DNA of 64,000 nt from Azolla caroliniana (Eukaryota; Plantae; Polypodiophyta): contig JBHGNT010000011.1 in the NCBI GenBank assembly GCA_043228905.1, positions 124,001-188,000 on the forward strand, given 5' to 3'. A model generated the notes under the pieces. It saw only the letters and a list, made by a program, of their open reading frames with translations. It was not told where the DNA came from and ran no database searches. Position numbers and translations under genes: made by a program. The number at the start of each line of letters is the position of its first letter. The stretch's first letter is position 1. Below, one piece after another: positions 61,901 through 64,000 of the stretch.

Positions 61901-62610
61901 GGCCGATGCTCCGGCAATGTATTGGCCTTCACCTTATCAAAGACATCTGAAAACTCCTTGTATTTCTCTGGTAGTTTAATATCCGCGTCACGTGAAGTGG
62001 ATGATGGAGTTGCTACTATTGCGAAGACGAACATGGCCTCATTCCCCCCTTCCTCCCGCAACTGTTGTAAAGAGATGGGCGACAACTCCGGGGATCTATT
62101 AGCACATGTAGGAGAGAGGGATGCGGGATTTGTGCTTTTTTCCCGAGTCTCCTCAATTGTTCTTTTCATCCAATCAATCTTCGGGTTATGGAGTTCAAAC
62201 CAGGGGAGACCTAGAACTATTGGGTGGTCCGGACTACGAATAATATTGAAAGAGATTAGGCTTGCCAAATTGCCAAGAACTATCCTAATTGGCTCGGACT
62301 CCTCGACTATATCTCCTGATGCTATGGGACGTCCATCGATGACTCCTACGGCTACTGGGTTGGGAAGCTTATTCAAGAGGATGTTTTGTGACAAGGAAAA
62401 TTCACGATCCATGAAACAAGAGTTGGCTCCAGAATCTAGAAGGGCAGAGGCTAGGACTCGATGACATGTAGATGTGGTAAGCTCGACTTGTGCTGAAAAA
62501 ACTCGACTCACTTGATTTGATGAAATGGAACCACGACTAGGAACTAACTCTACATAGCTAGGATGGTCCAGCCAAATGGCTCCTATTTTGGCCGGACTTA
62601 CTCGTTTAAC
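58972..62610 (-). pseudogene. pol: Pol (PR-RT-RH-INT-chromodomain) in the -1 frame relative to gag; one nonsense codon (~60772) and one frameshift (~59780)
   Basis: LLDSGA, YLDD, EADASD, HHCC zinc finger, SLDFIT/ISDR, GPY and chromodomain EFEVAAVLDSK..YLVDWLGY..TWEP. Confidence 0.93.
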
Positions 62611-63722
62611 ACATCCTCTAATTGACTCAAGACATCGAATCTATTCTCATGACATGGACTATGAGGCTTATTTATGTTATTAGAAGTAACAATAGAACTC
62701 GATGTAGGGTTTTCATGGGCACTTACTTGGTATACTTGACGCCTAGGTTTATGTGGACAATTTATAGCTATATGTCCTGGACCACCACAATACAGGCAGA
62801 GGCGATGCGCTCGACGTCGTTGCTTCTCAGCATCTGATAACGGCCCACGACGTTGTGTTGACTCTATTTCCATCGGAGTTGGGCCATCCCTTGTAATGGG
62901 TCTAGAAACTTGTGGAGGCGTTGCGACTACGGAAGCGTAAGTCTGTTCAGGTTGGCGGCGTAACATTTGTTGGCGCTCAGAACGTCGCTCAAATAGGCGA
63001 TTATCACATCGCACAGCTCGACTAATGGCTTCTGTAAGTGACTTCGGATCTTCAGGGAAAGTAAGAAGAAGATCTTTGACATCATTTCTCAAACCTTGAC
63101 GAAATTGATCCATTAAAGCTGCCTCATCCCAAGGGATATCGCATGCCAAGAGACGGAAATCGGCTGCATAAGACGACGCGGGACGATCTCCTTGTCGGAG
63201 CCTTCGAATCTTGTTTATCGCCGTCCTAGTGCTGTCGGTGTCTCCGAAACTAGCTTGAAACTCTTTAACAAAGGCCTCGAAATCCTCCAGCAATGGTGAT
63301 TTCTTCTCGAGAAGTGGTGCGAACCATGCTAACGCCGTACCGCATAGCAAAGTTCCCACTAATCCCACACGAGCAGCATCAGTTGGATACCGATTGGGAT
63401 GTAGCTGAATAACTAAACGAACTTGATTCAAAAAGCCTCGAAATAAAGATCTCATACCATCAAACTTGGCAGGGAGGCTGATCTTTGGCTCTCTAGGGGA
63501 GTTCTGAGCCCCCGACGCTTGCTCTCGTAATGACAATATAGTCGCCTCAAGTTGATGAACCCGCTGTGATAACTCTTCATATTGTTGAGCTTTTTCGGCG
63601 CTCACGTGCTGTAGATCTCCAAGTAGCCTTTGATTCTCATGCTCTAATGCCACAAATTTATTCGTGAGCATGTCGAGCTCAGAAAGAACACGCATGTATT
63701 CTTGTTTGCTCACGGACTCCAT
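62598..63722 (-). CDS. gag: Gag (intact, 374 aa, CCHC knuckle [14 protein letters not shown])
   Basis: Open ORF with a retrotransposon gag/capsid region ([21 protein letters not shown]) and a zinc knuckle. Confidence 0.95.
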   Translation of the reverse strand: MESVSKQEYMRVLSELDMLTNKFVALEHENQRLLGDLQHVSAEKAQQYEELSQRVHQLEATILSLREQASGAQNSPREPKISLPAKFDGMRSLFRGFLNQVRLVIQLHPNRYPTDAARVGLVGTLLCGTALAWFAPLLEKKSPLLEDFEAFVKEFQASFGDTDSTRTAINKIRRLRQGDRPASSYAADFRLLACDIPWDEAALMDQFRQGLRNDVKDLLLTFPEDPKSLTEAISRAVRCDNRLFERRSERQQMLRRQPEQTYASVVATPPQVSRPITRDGPTPMEIESTQRRGPLSDAEKQRRRAHRLCLYCGGPGHIAINCPHKPRRQVYQVSAHENPTSSSIVTSNNINKPHSPCHENRFDVLSQLEDVLNE

Positions 63723-64000
63723 AGCTTATGAGGGGAGAGGAGAAGGAAGAAGAGAACTTGTTAGGGTTTGTGGAAGACGAAGAGATGAAAGGAAAAAAAT
63801 TGGTTCAAACTGTCAAGACTGAGAGAGAGAAAGAGAGAGAAAAAGAGATAGAGAGATAATTGAAAGAGAATTATTATATTGAAGCGTAAAATGGATTACA
63901 AAGAGTAGGTTACAAAATGGCGTTGAACCAATTTAGGTTTGGGATGGGTGGTAGATCCCTATTTATAAGTAATAGAGAACTCTCTAGAATATTCTAGGTT

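Larger units (their letters stand above)
58505..64000 (-). mobile_element. Ty3/gypsy chromovirus family 2, young and nearly intact (5' LTR runs off the window)
   Basis: 3' LTR at 58505-58975; PPT at 58976-58987; 5' LTR from 63811, with one mismatch seen over the 190 comparable bp; self-type PBS at 63797-63810. Confidence 0.97.

Overview
Repeat-dense nuclear DNA from a land plant. The Tcn1-like chromoviruses and Trp-primed Ty3/gypsy elements suggest a non-seed plant (inference). There are two host genes, both on the - strand: exon 1 of a LESV (LIKE EARLY STARVATION 1) homologue at 2214-2709, and a complete 4-exon BPP-like (basic proline-rich, microtubule-associated family) gene at 47905-50324. 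The rest is a multi-layer transposon nest: two abutting Mutator-like TIR elements (one with a MULE-SWIM transposase pseudogene), three Ty1/copia relics, an L1-type LINE, three chromoviral Ty3/gypsy families, three nested Ty3/gypsy insertions with 4-bp NCGN target duplications, solo LTRs and tandem repeats. Most notable by eye: (1) the chromoviral LTRs share a modular design of an antisense tRNA-like A/B-box cassette, a heat-shock-element array, a TATA box and a self-complementary primer whose sequence co-varies with the PBS; (2) a conserved G-UUA-AAC slippery site plus pseudoknot at the gag-pol junction; (3) an LTR-element type with a conserved hairpin/pseudoknot where the PPT should be and a long U5-leader hairpin. 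All coordinates and alignments were done by eye, with no searches run.
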